Shown: positions 34,987 through 59,823, counted from the stretch's first letter. The stretch is DNA of 64,000 nucleotides from Zootoca vivipara (GCF_963506605.1 NC_083280.1:42284001-42348000), one strand, 5' to 3'. Translations and numbers: made by a program. The notes: generated from the letters alone by a model not told the origin.

Positions 34987-35318
34987 TGTTGGTGGCATCC
35001 ATCTGTCTTGGGAGACAATGGAGGAGTGTACCTTTGCGGGGGGGGGGGTGAGGTCAAGCTGTTGGACAGTTGCAGCTTCTGCTGTGGTTGTAGAGACCAA
35101 TGCAGGAGAGACATGTTTTGTTGCAGCTGGGGCAGACAAAGGCATCCAGTTGTGCTGCTGCAGATGCAACATGGTGTTTCTTCTCTCTGTGCTCCACCCA
35201 GCAGTCGTTTCTCCTCTGGCCACTGCTATTGATACAAGACCTGACTGTCTGTTTCCAGGCACAGCAAGGGATTCCCACAGGGCGGAGTTGATGTTTCCAG
35301 TCTTCATGTCACGTTTGC
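34987..35318 (-). mobile_element. RTE-clade LINE 3' fragment
   Basis: KRDMKTGNINSALWESLA..AWKQTV..FVCPSCNKTCLSCIGLYNHSRSC terminal zinc-finger motif typical of RTE elements. Confidence 0.8.
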
Positions 35319-36625
35319 TTCATGTCTTTGTAACACAGAGTTGGCCTGCCAACTGGCCTGGGGCCAGAAGCCAGCTCCCCGTAGAGCACATCCTTACTCT
35401 ACATGGAGTTCAGAAGCGATCACGAATCAGGGAAACGGGGTCTGCCTTCTGCTCCCATGTTTCTTTCTGTTTTGGAGTGGTACCTGTGCCTGTGTGACCC
35501 TTAAAAGAGCCTATTTTAATCCATTTGTGCACACATCGTACACCCACAGCCATGACCTGCAAATATCCTCACATGTTGCACAAGTCCTCCTAGGCTCACT
35601 TTTTTTAAGCCCATAAAATTGATGCACACATTGAAAACTAAGCATGCATCTTTTTTCAAGCAGCGAGCCATTAATCTTCGCGGCTTGCAGCTAGAGGGCC
35701 AACATTCCTAGACACGGTTAAAAGACATGACTTGGCAAAACGAGGAGGAAATGGGAATAGCGGTGGCTATGATTAAGCAAGACAGATGGGAGAGAGTTGC
35801 CCCCGTTGATGGTGTCCCCAGTCAATCAGCTTCTTGAAGGTGGAAATGATTGACAGAGAGCAGAGCTCTCTATTAGTATCTTGAGCTGTTATCCTCTAAA
35901 AGCCTTTGCTGGAGAGAGCAAGGAATACTCCGAAGGGACAAATGGTCTCAACCTGTAAAGATGAAAGTTTACCCTGAAGCATCTTTGCAAGAAGAGGAGG
36001 TCTTCTCTCCCCCCCCCCCAGTCTAATACCGGTAGCACTTTAATAGTTGCTACTAGGGAATTTGGGGAGCAGATTTATACTGAGACAGATCATTGGCTCG
36101 TCTAGTTGAGCATTTTTTACATCAGGGCTGGGGAACCTTTTCTCTGTCAAGAGTTGCATTGCCACAGGCAATGTCAGAGTAGGATCATCTGTCATGGCCC
36201 ACATGCCAGTGGGTGGGGCTGGAGCCAGTGTTAGGTGGGGCTGGAGTCAAAAGGTGGTGGATCTCCCACTCTTGCCCTCCTTTTCTTGCCATCAGCATGA
36301 TATTAGGTCAAGGGCTGCATGTGGCCCTCAAGCTGTAGGTTGCTGACCCTTGGTCTACACAAGCCGGTAAATGGTTCTCCAGGATTTTGGTCCGGAATCT
36401 CTCCCAGTCTTTCCTGGAGATGCCAGGAATTGAATCTAGGACCTTTCTGCAGCCAAAGCCTGCACTTTGCCACTGAGCCACAGCCCCTCCTCTGGCACTT
36501 CATAAGTGCATTCCTCTGTCAAGTGGAAGCACGTCCATAAGAGCAGAGGGGGCTCTGCCCCACCAGCCTCAGCCTACCTCCTTCCAACCAAGCAGGGGCA
36601 TCTCTGCCTGTCACTGGCTCTGGCT

Positions 36626-36715
36626 CATAGCTGCCAAGTTATCCCTTTTTAAAAGGGATTTTCCCTTATGATGAATAGGCTTCCTCGCGAGAAAAGGGAA
36701 AACTTGGCAGCTATG
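36626..36715. mobile_element. 90-bp hAT MITE (Blackjack-like TIR)
   Basis: TIR CATAGCTGCCAAGTT / AACTTGGCAGCTATG; perfect TSD CTCTGGCT (36618-36625, 36716-36723). Confidence 0.88.
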
Positions 36716-37988
36716 CTCTGGCTCCACCTACTGTTGGTCTCATGACACCTGCTCCACCAATCGCAATGGGCACTGTACCAGCCACCGCAGCCTTTCTGGA
36801 CATAGTGGAAGAGGGCAGAACTAACCCTGTTGCTAAGGAATTACATGCTGTGGATGGGGTATCCTTTAAAAAAAAAATGCACCAGAGAAGTAGAATTCTG
36901 AATCTCCAGTGGAACAATAACAGCAAGAAAAACGGGAAGAAAGGAGTTTACTATATTGGCACAGCATTCACAATGTCTTGGGGACCATTTTCTCTCTCTC
37001 CCCGACCCCAACAACAAGCTGTTTCAAAGATGGGAAATGAACCTAGCTTGGGGAGAAGGCCTGGGGGAAAGGTTACAAAAGAAATACTGCTGGATTGAAC
37101 CTATTGATTCTTGCCAATGCCTCCACATTATAATTAGACAACAAACACATTTGCTGAAGTAATGCACAGTTCCTCCCTGTGGTGGATAATGTGAAAAATA
37201 AGTATGTTTAAGATTAGTCACAAAGCAAACATTCCTCACAAGCAATGGAATTATTCCTTGAATGAGCATCATTGCAGGTTTTTTTTGTCTGCATAAATGC
37301 CATTGGATCTCTCAGTTCTACAATTGGGCTCATCTTCTATCAGGTCTTCCTGGAAAAATGAAACAGAATCATCACCTCGGTTCCTCTTTTTCCTCTAATC
37401 AGCCTGAATGCACCTGTGATTTTCTTGACTATCCAAAAAGGAGAGGCGTATAGTCTGTGTACTGATGAATTTCTCTTGGTAACACCAGTTCTGTTATTAT
37501 AGAGGAAGTTCATGGGAGAATTACATTTTGCAATCAAAGGGCATATCTAGACTGTTGCTATTTTGGGGTGGGATTCCGTCACACACCTGCAAATTCAGGC
37601 TGTACAATTAAAGTTGATTGGGAGGTCTTGTGTGACAAACCCACTTCCTCAAACAGTCAAACTTTTTGTGATAAAGGGAAGTGCTAGGAAATACTCTGGA
37701 AAGTGTGGAATAACACTTGCTTTGATGCAGCAGCATCTAACCGCCCTGAAAACAAATAAGAGTGAATGCTCATTAAATAGCTAATACTGTCTAATAATAT
37801 CCCCACAAACAAATCAGGATGGTAGGGTTTTTTTTTTAAAGGTCTGAAAGTGCCCTTAGAAGATTCTTGGTCCTGCGATCTTTTGAAGGGAAGGGTTGTG
37901 TAAATAACCAGCAGCAAGTGTGAATTTGGAGATTTGCAGTTTTGTTGTGCAGACAACTGTTGTAGGTGAGAATAATTATGCAGATGAG

Positions 37989-38316
37989 TTACAGGTAGGT
38001 AGCCGTGTTGGTCTGAGTTGAAACAAAATAAAAAAATTCCTTCAGTAGCACCTTAAAGACCAACTAAGTTTTTATTTTGGTATGAGCTTTCGTGTGCATG
38101 CACACTTCGTCAGATACACTGAAACAGAAGTAGCCAGACCCTTATGTATATTCAGAGGGTGGGGTGTGTGTGTGTGATGGGCTGATAGGAGTGGTAAACC
38201 TGTTGATGACTGTTAACGACTGTTAATGACTTCAATTGGTTTTGCGGGGGGGGGGTGCTAAGGAAAGCTTGATCATGTGTAATGAGATAAGAATCCTTTG
38301 TCTTTGTTCATTCCAG
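37989..38316 (-). mobile_element. Penelope-like retroelement, 5'-truncated young insertion
   Basis: Minus strand ORF end GMNKDKGFLSHYT*; pLTR-like 3' region with hammerhead; perfect 12-bp TSD TATGCAGATGAG (37977-37988, 38317-38328). Confidence 0.88.
38080..38117 (-). ncRNA. Minimal type I hammerhead ribozyme motif
   Basis: GUAU CUGACGA A GUGUGCAUGCACAC GAAA GC UC^AUAC: complete catalytic core, stems I and II, palindromic AGCU helix III. Confidence 0.82.
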
Positions 38317-38733
38317 TATGCAGATGAGGACACTGTGTTGAGATGTAATTTGTTGCCGACCCTACCATTAGGCAGAGTCAGGCAGATGCTCAGGAGTGTG
38401 GAACAGACAGAGGTGTGCAGAAGACCACATGACCAGCCCTGCACCCCACCCTCAAGTTAGCCTGGTACCCTCAGATTCAGTTGAGGGCATTGCCATATTG
38501 CCAGTGTGGAAGAGTCAACTCCCAATGTAGCTGGTTCTCCATACAAGGAGAATCTTGTCTTTCCTCAGGCAGGAGAATGTCTTGGGCAGGCTTTGATGTA
38601 AACTGACTCCACATCCAAGGCCTGAGCATTTGAACCCTGCATTTCATTCTTTTCACAGCCTTGGCTTTCTTGTGATTAGACAGGCTCTCGTATGAAAGGG
38701 AGCTGAGAGGCAAAGATCCTCTTCCTTTGTTGG

Positions 38734-38736
<3 letters not shown>

Positions 38737-38792
<56 letters not shown>
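38737..38792. repeat. (GA)n microsatellite
   Basis: Perfect dinucleotide run. Confidence 0.97.
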
Positions 38793-38794
<2 letters not shown>

Positions 38795-39779
38795 CAGAAC
38801 TGCTACCTCTGAAACCTAATGTGAGATACATCATCCGTAGCCTTTGAAACACAGGCTTCTTATTTCATTTGGAGAACAACCTTGGGAAAACAACTGCCTA
38901 CCAGGAATCTTGCTTGGTTTTGTCTGAAATCTAAAGATTTCAAAACTTGAGATGGCAGAGCCTTCAACCTTCTGCTTAGTGAAGTTAAGGAAGATGGTGA
39001 GACTTGGCTGTGGCCACATGGGCATTCTGGGACAGAGCTAATGTTTTCCATCCCAGGGATGTTGATGGGATCAATGGAGGAAAAGTTTACTCAGATTCCA
39101 ATCCTGCTCCAGAAGCGATGCCAACTTTAGGGTGTATCAGGATTAAGTTTGCATTGCTGCTGCTTTAGATTCCTCTACCCTTCAAAAAAGAAACCTTTCA
39201 CACACACACACAATAGGCCAGAGAGCCTCCTGGGTTTTCCCTTAAATATGTGGTTTAGCTTCTCTCTCCAGCCTTGATCATCCAACAGGGTCAAAAGGAT
39301 GCCCATGCACTTTGGGCCAACTCAATCCTGGACATGTAGGGTTGGGAGAGGCACAAATATAAGCGTTCAACTGACAGCATCCTGGCAGGGACTTCCCCAT
39401 CCTCCCTGCAAATCACATTGCCCTTTTCTCTGCCCAGATGCCCTTTCAGGAGGAAATCCAACAGGTGAAGGCTACCCCAAATGCACCAATACTTCAGCCG
39501 TTGACTTCCTCTCTCGGCAGCTTTTAAGACTGGGCTGAGGAACCTGTGACCCTCCATACGTTTGTAGAATCGTAGAATTGGATGAGACCCCCATGGGTAA
39601 TCTAGTCCAACCCCTGGGCAAGCAGGAATCTTCTTATTGGACTCTGGCTCCCAAAAACCAGAGTCAGCAAGAACGATGGTCAGGAATGATGGAAAGAGCC
39701 CTCCAACTGGAAGACCACCAGTTCTCCAGCCCTGATTTAAAGGTAAAGGTAAAGGGACCTGCCAAAAGTGCCCCTCCTA

Positions 39780-40191
39780 AGGTGGAGAAAGCAGCGGCAG
39801 GCTGCGGCCACCCTATTCGTGGGCTCTTTCTGGAGGCTCCCCCTCCCTCTTGAGCATCCAGGCAGTCGAGGCTCCGGCCTGCCCTGCCCCTCCTCGGATC
39901 TGTCCGAGAGCCAGAGGGGGCGGCCGCCACGATAAAAAGGCTGGACGGGACGGGCTGCGGACGGAGCGGACGAGAGGCGGCAGGCTTGGCTCACCTCTCG
40001 CTCTCTGCCCTGCGTGGACATCCTGGTCGGGATCGACGCCTTCTGAGCGCCCGCAGCTCCTGCGCTTCTCCTCTCCGGCTCTGTCGCTCGTGGCCGCCTG
40101 CATCGCTCACTTGTTGCCTGAAGCCCCGTCTCTCCTTCTCCATCCCTGGCAGACCTTTCCTGTTCCCGGACTGGCTGAGCCGCGCGCGCAC
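39780..40191 (+). promoter_or_regulatory. LOXL4: LOXL4 CpG-island promoter and non-coding exon 1 (donor after 40191)
   Basis: CpG-dense; TATA-like GATAAAAAGG 39931-39940; ATG-free leader ending CAC|GTGAGT; the next exon (acceptor ~41432) carries the ATG. Confidence 0.75.
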
Positions 40192-41458
40192 GTGAGTATT
40201 GAGACGGAAAGTCTCTCTAGGTTTCTGGGGGAAACTTTATTATTTTGGGGTGGGGTGGGGGAGAGGGGGTGTCCCCCTAACTCTTCTCCAAAGAAATTGG
40301 GCGCGTTAGTTATTTTGCAAGACAGAACCCCCCCCCAAAAAAAACCAGGTGGTAGAAAGAAATGGAACATGGATCCCAACAGCAAGTGCATTTTGTTGAT
40401 TTCGAGAGGGGGTGTGTATTGGGAAAATAGAGATAAAAGGGGTGGGTGTCCAGCAATGTTTCCCTTTCTCTCCCATGAGGGGGTTGAACTAGATGACCCT
40501 TGGGGTCCCTTCCGATTCTATGAGCTCTGCATGCTCAGGTGAAAATACTGACACCCGTCCCCCTCCCCACCCACCCCAAAAAAAAACCACCCAAGGCAGC
40601 GTCTAAATAAAGGAAAAGCAGACAAACAAACATCTCAGCTCTCTGAATTGGAGGTAGTCAGCAGAAGATTATAAGTCACCATCCCGCGCGTGTGGGTGGC
40701 TGGAATGTTCTTGCCTCAACCTGTTCACATCTGTCTCTCCGTCCCTCCTTCCCTCCGCATCTGTCTGTCGGCCATCCATTCATCCTGGAGGAACGGGCTG
40801 TGCGTTTTTTGTTTTGTTTTAACCCTGTACACAGTATCAGTGTTAGGTGCTTCGCGCGGGATAACTATCATCATTTCCTGGTCCTGAAATTTTTGTTTTG
40901 GCTGTTTTCACACACACTTTCCCAAACGAGTGTTAGTTTTAAAATACTGTGTTACAAGCTACCTTGAAAGTCTCCAATGGAAAAGCAGGATATAAATGTT
41001 TTTTTAAAAAAAATCAGTCGCAGTAATTAACATTAGAAACCATTTAACCGCATAGTTTTATTATGTCTTCATTTGTCCCTAGCATGACAGTGCTCAGAAG
41101 ATGCCTGTTTTAATAGGACCTGTTTTAATAGGATGGGAAAAACTAACGTGATGACTCTGGACTCCCATCATCCCTGGCCATTGGCTATGCTGACCAGGGC
41201 TGATGGGAAATGGAGTCCAACAGCAACTGGAGGACCCTGCTGTAGTACAATATTCAGTCTTTTGGGAAGGACCAACCCTGTTAGACTTGCCCAGCGGCTT
41301 TCCTTCTCACCCTGTAACTTTGTGATGTCTGTAATGATACCTGATCAAACATTGTAGCAGGGAGTTCCACCGACCTTGTTCCTTACCCAGAAAACTAATG
41401 TTTCCATTAATCAGGTTTCTCATATCTCCCAGGTCTCACAGTCATTCTTGGACCCACG

Positions 41459-52894
<11,436 letters not shown>

Positions 52895-53604
52895 GGCAAA
52901 GGAAATCAGGTTCTCAACTGTTCCTGGGAGCAGAACCTGCTCAAAACTCAGAGCAAACAGCAGATACCAGCTGGCACAAAAATGATAGCTGAAAGGATTG
53001 TCTCCACGCCTCCCTGCCTCACCACCAGCCTTGAGGTGACATGCAGCAGCAGCAACAACAACAACAACTATCCTTGCAATGCCTGTTGCCCCTTGGCCTG
53101 CTTATCACAGCCCAGTCTGCATGGTCTGCTTCCTATTTTTACTGAGGTTGGCAGCTACGGACAAAGATGGGGCTGAAATGAGCTGGGAGGCTATAGAGTC
53201 TTCTCTCTCCACCCCCATCCCTACCCCACCCAGGCCAAGAAAGTAGCATTGCTAAGAAGAGGCCCTTTCCTCTTGCCTCTCTGGCAGATGGGCATGGGAG
53301 CCCAGAGCGACTACCTCAACCAGCTCCACCCACTGAAGAGTTCTGCCTCAGGAGCCCATGTATTTGCTGGCTAGTCCCACAGGCACCCCCCACCTCTACC
53401 ACTGGCATGGAGGAGCCACCTTCCTGCCCACGGGCACAGAACGCTGTGACATATCTCTGAGTCGGAGGGAATGGATGCAGAGGGATGCAGCAGGCGTCTG
53501 GGTCCTTGCCTGCTACACACTCCAGCCGGGACATTCCTAAGGCTTAAACTTTTAAGGGATTGGGGAAGAGGGTCTGGTGCTATCTGTGGAGTTATTTAAT
53601 GTGC

Positions 53605-53759
53605 AATAAACTGTGATGGCCAACAGCATGGAGGGCAAAGGCCCTGTGAAGGGGGTCAATTGGTCACCTCAGGGAAGAGTCTTCGACCCCACTCCACCAG
53701 ACCAAGCGCCAAAGGGCTCTCCGTCTCCACATTTCATAGAGCTTGTTCCTGCCAATAAA
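53605..53759 (+). terminator. Candidate LOXL4 polyadenylation signals (AATAAA 53605-53610 and 53754-53759)
   Basis: Canonical hexamers 0.7-0.9 kb after the stop; the second is followed by a GT/T-rich tract. Confidence 0.55.
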
Positions 53760-54265
53760 GGTTGTTGTGTGTTTTTTTTATAAAAAAACTACGCAATGGT
53801 GTTTGTGTGACTGAGTCATAGAGCGGGGTAAAAACACAGAGGTATGCAATGCCTCCGTTGGGGTTTTTGGGGGTTGCTGCTTCCTCCCTCCTCCTGCAGG
53901 ACCACAGGGGCAAGCAGAGAAACAACAGAGGAAGGCAGAGGGGTGGGAGGGACCCTGAGGGCCACATTCCCTTCTGAGGAATCTTCCAGGGGGGCCACAT
54001 GCCCAGAAGTGGGTGGGGCCAGAGGTAAAAGTGGATGGGGCAATGAATGTAAACATCACCTATGCACAGTAGGCTGGCATCCCTCTCCTCCATCGAGACA
54101 AGCAACAGCCTCTGAGTTCCAGGACACATGCCAGCCACTGAAAAGCTCAAGGAGCAAAGTGAGAGAAGGCTGTGGCCTGAGAGTCCAGAGGGCCAAACAG
54201 AGAGGGCTGGGGGCTGCAATTGACGGCTGGGCCTAACATTCCCCATGCCTGGAGAAGCACTACTT

Positions 54266-54394
54266 CAGGGTTTCCCAAATTCCAGCTGTTTTTGGACTAC
54301 AATTCCCATCATCCCTGACCACTGGCCCTGGTATCTAGGGATGATGGGAGCTGTAGTCCAAAAACAGTTAAAGACTCAAGCTTGGGAAACCCTG
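54266..54394. mobile_element. Palindromic hAT MITE
   Basis: TIR CAGGGTTTCCCAA/TTGGGAAACCCTG; degenerate TSD CACTACTT/CCCTACTC. Confidence 0.82.
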
Positions 54395-54631
54395 CCCTAC
54401 TCCACGAGCCACAGCATTTATAGGACAATCCCTGAGAAGGCTCTTTCTCTCCGTGAGTGCGGCAGAGGGTGGGAACAGCTGGTGACTATGAAGCCAGATG
54501 GAGCACACACCTTGCAGGAGGAGTGAGGCTGCTGTCCTATGATCAAGGACACAATGTAGATAGCTATCGATGTGTGGTCTCAAGTGGAGCCTTCATGCAA
54601 TGTTTAAAGAAGTCGGGCTGAAAGTCCAGGT

Positions 54632-54769
54632 CAGACATCCCCAAACTGCAGCCCTCCAGATGTTTTGGCCTACAACTCCCATGATCCCTAGCTAACAGGA
54701 CCAGTTGGGGTTGGAGAAGATGGGAATTGTAGTCCAAAACATATGGAGGGCCAAAGTTTGGGGTGCCTG
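54632..54769. mobile_element. Palindromic hAT MITE
   Basis: Perfect TSD GTCCAGGT (54624-54631, 54770-54777). Confidence 0.88.
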
Positions 54770-57041
54770 GTCCAGGTCATAGCAAAGTGGTATCTCTCCG
54801 CTGACTCCATTGCAGTGCTCCCCCTCCCCAGGCAATGAGCAAAGCCTAGAGAAATGGCAGATGGACAGCAGCTGCTTGCAATCCATCAGGTCTTGTGGGT
54901 TGGGGAGGGGGGTAGCCCTCAGGCCTGTGTCAAGGCAAGAAGAGGAATGGGTGAGAGTGATTTATGCCTGCCTGCAGCAAAGGCAAGACCCTGCGGCCTT
55001 ATTGATTTCCCCAGCACCGCAGTGGAGTCATATACCAAGACCAACAGCTTCACTCTTACCTCTTGTCCTTCCTTACCTTGCTACTGAACTTGAATAAAAG
55101 GGCCTGTCCCTGTTCCTAATCCTGTCCTCCAAGAGATCCTCTGAGGTTCTGCTAGCATTCCAAAGCCCTTCTGGCAGTCAGCCCCCCCCCCCCATTTCAG
55201 GGTGCATCTTGACCTAAGAGAGGAAGGGTGGAGGGCACAGAACCACTCCACAAATATATGCCTCTGTTCCACCTCCAAAGCAGAGCGAAGGGAGCAGAAG
55301 GGGGAAGGCGGGCAGAGGTCAGCTTGACCAAGGCACTCCTGAAGCATTTGGCTAGACCGGCACTAAAGGCAGACAGGAAATTACAGAAAAAGCAAAGGCT
55401 TAAAAAGGGCCAAGCCGAAGAGATGCACCCCCCCCCCAAGTTAAGCAGCGCCTGCTACATTCCTTCTAGCCAGCATTCAAAGTGTGAGCCAACATTTGGG
55501 GTTAAACTCCAGGGGAATTTAAAAATCTTCCATGCCCCTTTTGTCCAACAGATGTTAGGATAATTTGGAAGGGCTCCATGCTTTGACAGATCTGGACGTC
55601 CTGCTCCGTGGCTTGATCAGAAGAGCCAATGGCAACCAGGGACACCTTGCGAGGTCTTGTTCATGTCTGGCTAAAGGCAGATAGTATTAAATGGGTTCTG
55701 AAGAGAGCCTCTTCATAGTATGAAGCCCCAGGAGGGTAAGAAAGCAGAAGGTAATCACTCCTGGAGCATGGGTGGGACAGAGAGAGCACGGAGGAGTGTT
55801 CAAAACAGGAAGACTTTGTGATGTAATAAAGCCCTTGTGTGGAATTTAGCATCATTTTCAGTTCCCAAGGTGTTCTTGTGAAGAGTGGTTTTTCGCCCCT
55901 TCTTGCTCCTTTTTCACATTTGGCCGCCTGCCTCTCCTCCATTTCTTCCACTTCCAAAGTTTGCACATTCTTATGAATTACACTTCCTTTGGCACCCCGT
56001 CCTCTGCTCCCTCCTCACTTGGGTGGGGTTCCTTGTTTTTAGCTGCTGCTTCCTGAACTTTCAGTGCCACAACATTGCTTTGAAGATCTGCCCGGTTCCT
56101 CCGTTCCCAATAGCTCTCATGCTCTTGCTTTGACTACAACCTCCTCTCTGATCTTGCATTAAACCATTTCCACCTGTTTACCACCCTCTTTTTACGCTAT
56201 ACTAAGATTAGCCAGCTCACCTTCCACACAGCACTTCAAGTGAGGGAGAGAAAAGGGAAGTGGGATTGAAGCTTTCATTTCAAAATAGACCAGACTCGAT
56301 TTAGCCTGTGGTCCATTCACTTCAATGATGGGATTAAAAGGATGTGGGGCACCTTCATGTTCCTCCCTCCCCATCCTGAGCATTACTGCTGTCCAATATC
56401 CACTAATTTCCTTTGGAGACCAATACAAAGCGAGTGTTGTTGCCTTCCTTCCCTGGGCACACTTGCATCCTGCCCAGTTTCATCTCCTGCTCTCCATGGC
56501 CTTGTGTTCTGTCCCAGGACATCCCTATCTGAGATTTCTGCTCCTCCAAGCTCAGTCATCTGTTCTCTCAAAAGAAGGGCAAGGGAACCTCTTCATTCTC
56601 AGGGCTGTATCTCCTCATCGGCAACTTTCTTGGTGCCACGTGTCGATGGTGGACAGGGCTGGAGACAAAAGCAGGCGTAACCACAGACAGGACACACACT
56701 TTGTGTTGTAGGCTACATTCCAGCCACAAGGTTTCTACGTAGACAAGCACCTCTTCGCTGTCACCCAAGCAAGCAAGAGGTGCTCACGATTGAACGACAC
56801 ATTCCAGCCTGGCAAAAGCACCCAGAGAGGGTGCAGAGCAGGGCTGGTGGGGTGTGTGGGCTGGAGAGAGTGCAAGAGCCAAGTAGAGAGGCCTAGAGAG
56901 CTGCGTTTGCCAGGCCCTGGACCCGAGAAACCTCAGTTCCTTCATTTTTGTCTCATACACTAATTCACAACCTTGAAAGGCTGCTTCGAAGATCAGGAAA
57001 GCTGTCCGATCCAAATTAGACATTGAAGCTACTACTATAAG

Positions 57042-57076
<35 letters not shown>

Positions 57077-57897
57077 GACAGGTACTGAAACTGTACTTGT
57101 CATCTTCTTTTCCTTTGTAATGTTGCAGAGATAGTAGCGAGTTTAGGAGGCTGGGGAAATTAGATTGGTAAAACAAGGGCAGGAAGAATTAAAGGCACTC
57201 TCCTAGACTGCCACTTCCTCCATCTCTGAAGCAACCATATGGAGTTGCTAATTAGTAATAATACTTTTTTTTAAGCATAGTTCTCCAGCATCCTATATAG
57301 CTTGGCAGTGTAAGGCAGCCAATTCAGAGGGCATGTGAAAGGTAAACATTAAACTAGCTTGATGGTTCAGTTCTGCTCTCTTAAAATTCTCTTTCAAGTT
57401 GAAACCCACTCAGTCCAGGCTCCGGGCAATTTCTGATGTTGGGAAGCCAGGAGATACACATTGGGACCTGGTCTCTGGCTTCTGGAGCTGCTTCAGCTGC
57501 TTCCCTGGATATTAAATCGGTCTTCAAAGTCTTGGTCTCAGCCCCAGTGGGCCTGGGTTCAGAGTTCAGGCAAAACATTCCTTCCTGCAGAAGACAGCCT
57601 CTACCATGAACTTGAATTCCCAGTGATACGCATCCATGGTCACAATATACGTCGATGTTTTCAGGCTCATCGCACAGGGAGCTGTTTTTAAAAACTCTTT
57701 AAGTGAAAACCATCTATATTGCCATAACCAGAGTTTGCCTGACCACGATCTTCCAAGCGCTTGTCATTACCAACAAGTCCTATCCTACAGTTGTTTGCTG
57801 CTATCAAGGCTTGTCTGGTAACACACTATGCTGTCCTTTTGCAGAGTGCACATTTTACAAGAGGATGGTGGCCTTTAAAAAAAACACAAAGCCCACA

Positions 57898-58409
57898 TCA
57901 GACCTCACCTGGAGTACTGTGTCCAGTTCTGGGCACCACAGTTCAAGAAGGATACTGACAAGCTGGAACGTGTCCAGAAGAGGGCAACCAAAATGGTCAA
58001 AGGCCTGGAAACAATGCCTTATGAGGAACGGCTTAGGGAGCTGGGTATGTTTAGCCTGGAGAAGAGAAGGTTAAGGGCTGATATGATAGCCATGTTCAAA
58101 TATATAAAAGGATGTCATATAGAGGAGGGTGAAAGGTTGTTTTCTGCTGCTCCAGAGAAGCGGACACGGAGCAATGGATTCAAACTACAAGAAAGAAGAT
58201 TCCACCTAAACATTAGGAAGAACTTCCTGACAGTAAGAGCTGTTCGACAGTGGAATTTGCTGCCAAGGAGTGTGGTGGAGTCTCCTTCTTTGGAGGTCTT
58301 TAAGCAGGGGCTTGACAGCCATATGTCAAGAATGCTTTGATGGTGTTTCCTGCTTGGCGGGGGGTTGGACTGGATGGCCCTTGTGGTCTCTTCCAACTCT
58401 ATGATTCTA
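57898..58409 (+). mobile_element. CR1 LINE 3' fragment
   Basis: [69 protein letters not shown]; ATTCT tail. Confidence 0.95.
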
Positions 58410-59009
58410 CGTATTATCCTTCTGTACAATATGGGCCATTGTGTACTAATGTGCTTCTTTCCCCTCTCCCCGAGGTGTGATACAGAATCAAAACATGGTT
58501 GCCAACTATCAGAGCCAAAGAGGAATAAAGCAGCTGTTGCCACAGCTATAGGTCTGGGCTTCTGAGCCTCTCAAAGGGGGAAGGGCATTTCAAAAGAATC
58601 AGAAGCCAAAGTTGGGGTTTGATAAAAGGTTGTTTAGCCAGACCCAGAGGATGCAAGACAAGGTCATTTGTACTTTTATGTTGTGAATTGCCCTGTGATC
58701 TTCGGATGAAAGGCAGTATACAATTTTAATACATAACAAAATAATAATAAATAAGGTGGCTGGCCCCCCAGCCCACATCCGTGACTCCACTGCCCCTCCT
58801 CTGCTGCCTTGCCTGCCTGCACATGTGTGTGTGTGTGTGTGGGGGGGTGCCCACACGTATGCCATGCTTGTGGACCTCAGGCTGAGTAAGGTTAGCCACC
58901 CCAACACAAAACTTTTCATGGAGGCTGGACTAACCATCTGGAGCAATGGACAGCGGAGAAGACAGTGAACTCCCCAGTGCTGTAGCCTTTTGGGGTCAAG
59001 TCCAGCAGG

Positions 59010-59490
59010 CTAGGAAAACGCAAGGACCGCCTCTCTCCATATGAACCTACCAGGACCCTGAGATCATTCTCCGAGGTCCTTCTTTGTGTGCCTCCTCCAT
59101 GAGAGATCCAGAGGGTGGCAAGACGAGCATGGGCCTTTTCTGCAGTGGCTCTCCTTTTGTGGAATGGTCTCCCCAGGAAGATTTGGCTGGTTCCTTCATT
59201 ATACACCTTTTCTTCTTCTTCTTTGGCGATCACTCGTAGCCGAGTAAGATTGTCTTCCATAAACACGGTTTTAATGATGAGTCCATAAGTGACTGTGCCA
59301 GACAAAAACGTTCTTCTTCTACCAGGCCTTTGGCTGATTGACATCCGGTGCCCTTTCAAATGTGTTTTGTGTGTGTGTGTTTTATTGGTTTGTTGTTATT
59401 TTTACTATGTATTTTGTGGTTTTTATATTGTAATTTTATGTAGTGAACCACCCTGAGTTCTACAGGTGTAGGGAGGTATACTAACTAACT
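59010..59490 (+). mobile_element. L2 LINE 3' fragment (older family)
   Basis: KDRLSPYEPTRTLRS..AFSAVA..LWNGLP-coding sequence and T-rich 3' UTR. Confidence 0.7.
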
Positions 59491-59547
59491 GAATGAATGT
59501 ATGCTTGTATATATGTATTGTTTTGGGGTGTGTGTGTGTGATACACA

Positions 59548-59729
59548 CAGTGCTTTTTTCGGGGGGGGGGGGGCGACGCAGGGGTATGAATACCCCTAAA
59601 CATTTTGTGAATCTTTGTACTTATGTCCATTTACGGTATTTATTTCCCCCAATTTGAACTATAAAATGGTGATTTTCTTGAGTCAAAATGAGAGTACCCT
59701 AAAGATATATTTTTTAGAAAAAAACACTG
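59548..59729. mobile_element. hAT MITE (same family as 46599)
   Basis: CAGTGCTTTTTT..AAAAAACACTG termini; body is the reverse complement of the 46599 copy. Confidence 0.8.
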
Positions 59730-59736
59730 TACACAC

Positions 59737-59741
<5 letters not shown>

Positions 59742-59777
<36 letters not shown>

Positions 59778-59802
59778 CAGACACAGAGACAGAGAGAGAC
59801 AG
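59742..59802. repeat. (GA)n/(GAGACA)n microsatellite
   Basis: Direct read. Confidence 0.95.
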
Positions 59803-59823
59803 ATAGCCCCTACCTTTTATTCT

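Noticed and set aside
39850-40542. 230-aa ORF at the LOXL4 promoter
   Set aside because: Starts at TTG rather than ATG, lies in a stop-poor CpG island, crosses the exon 1 donor and ends in a SINE tail.
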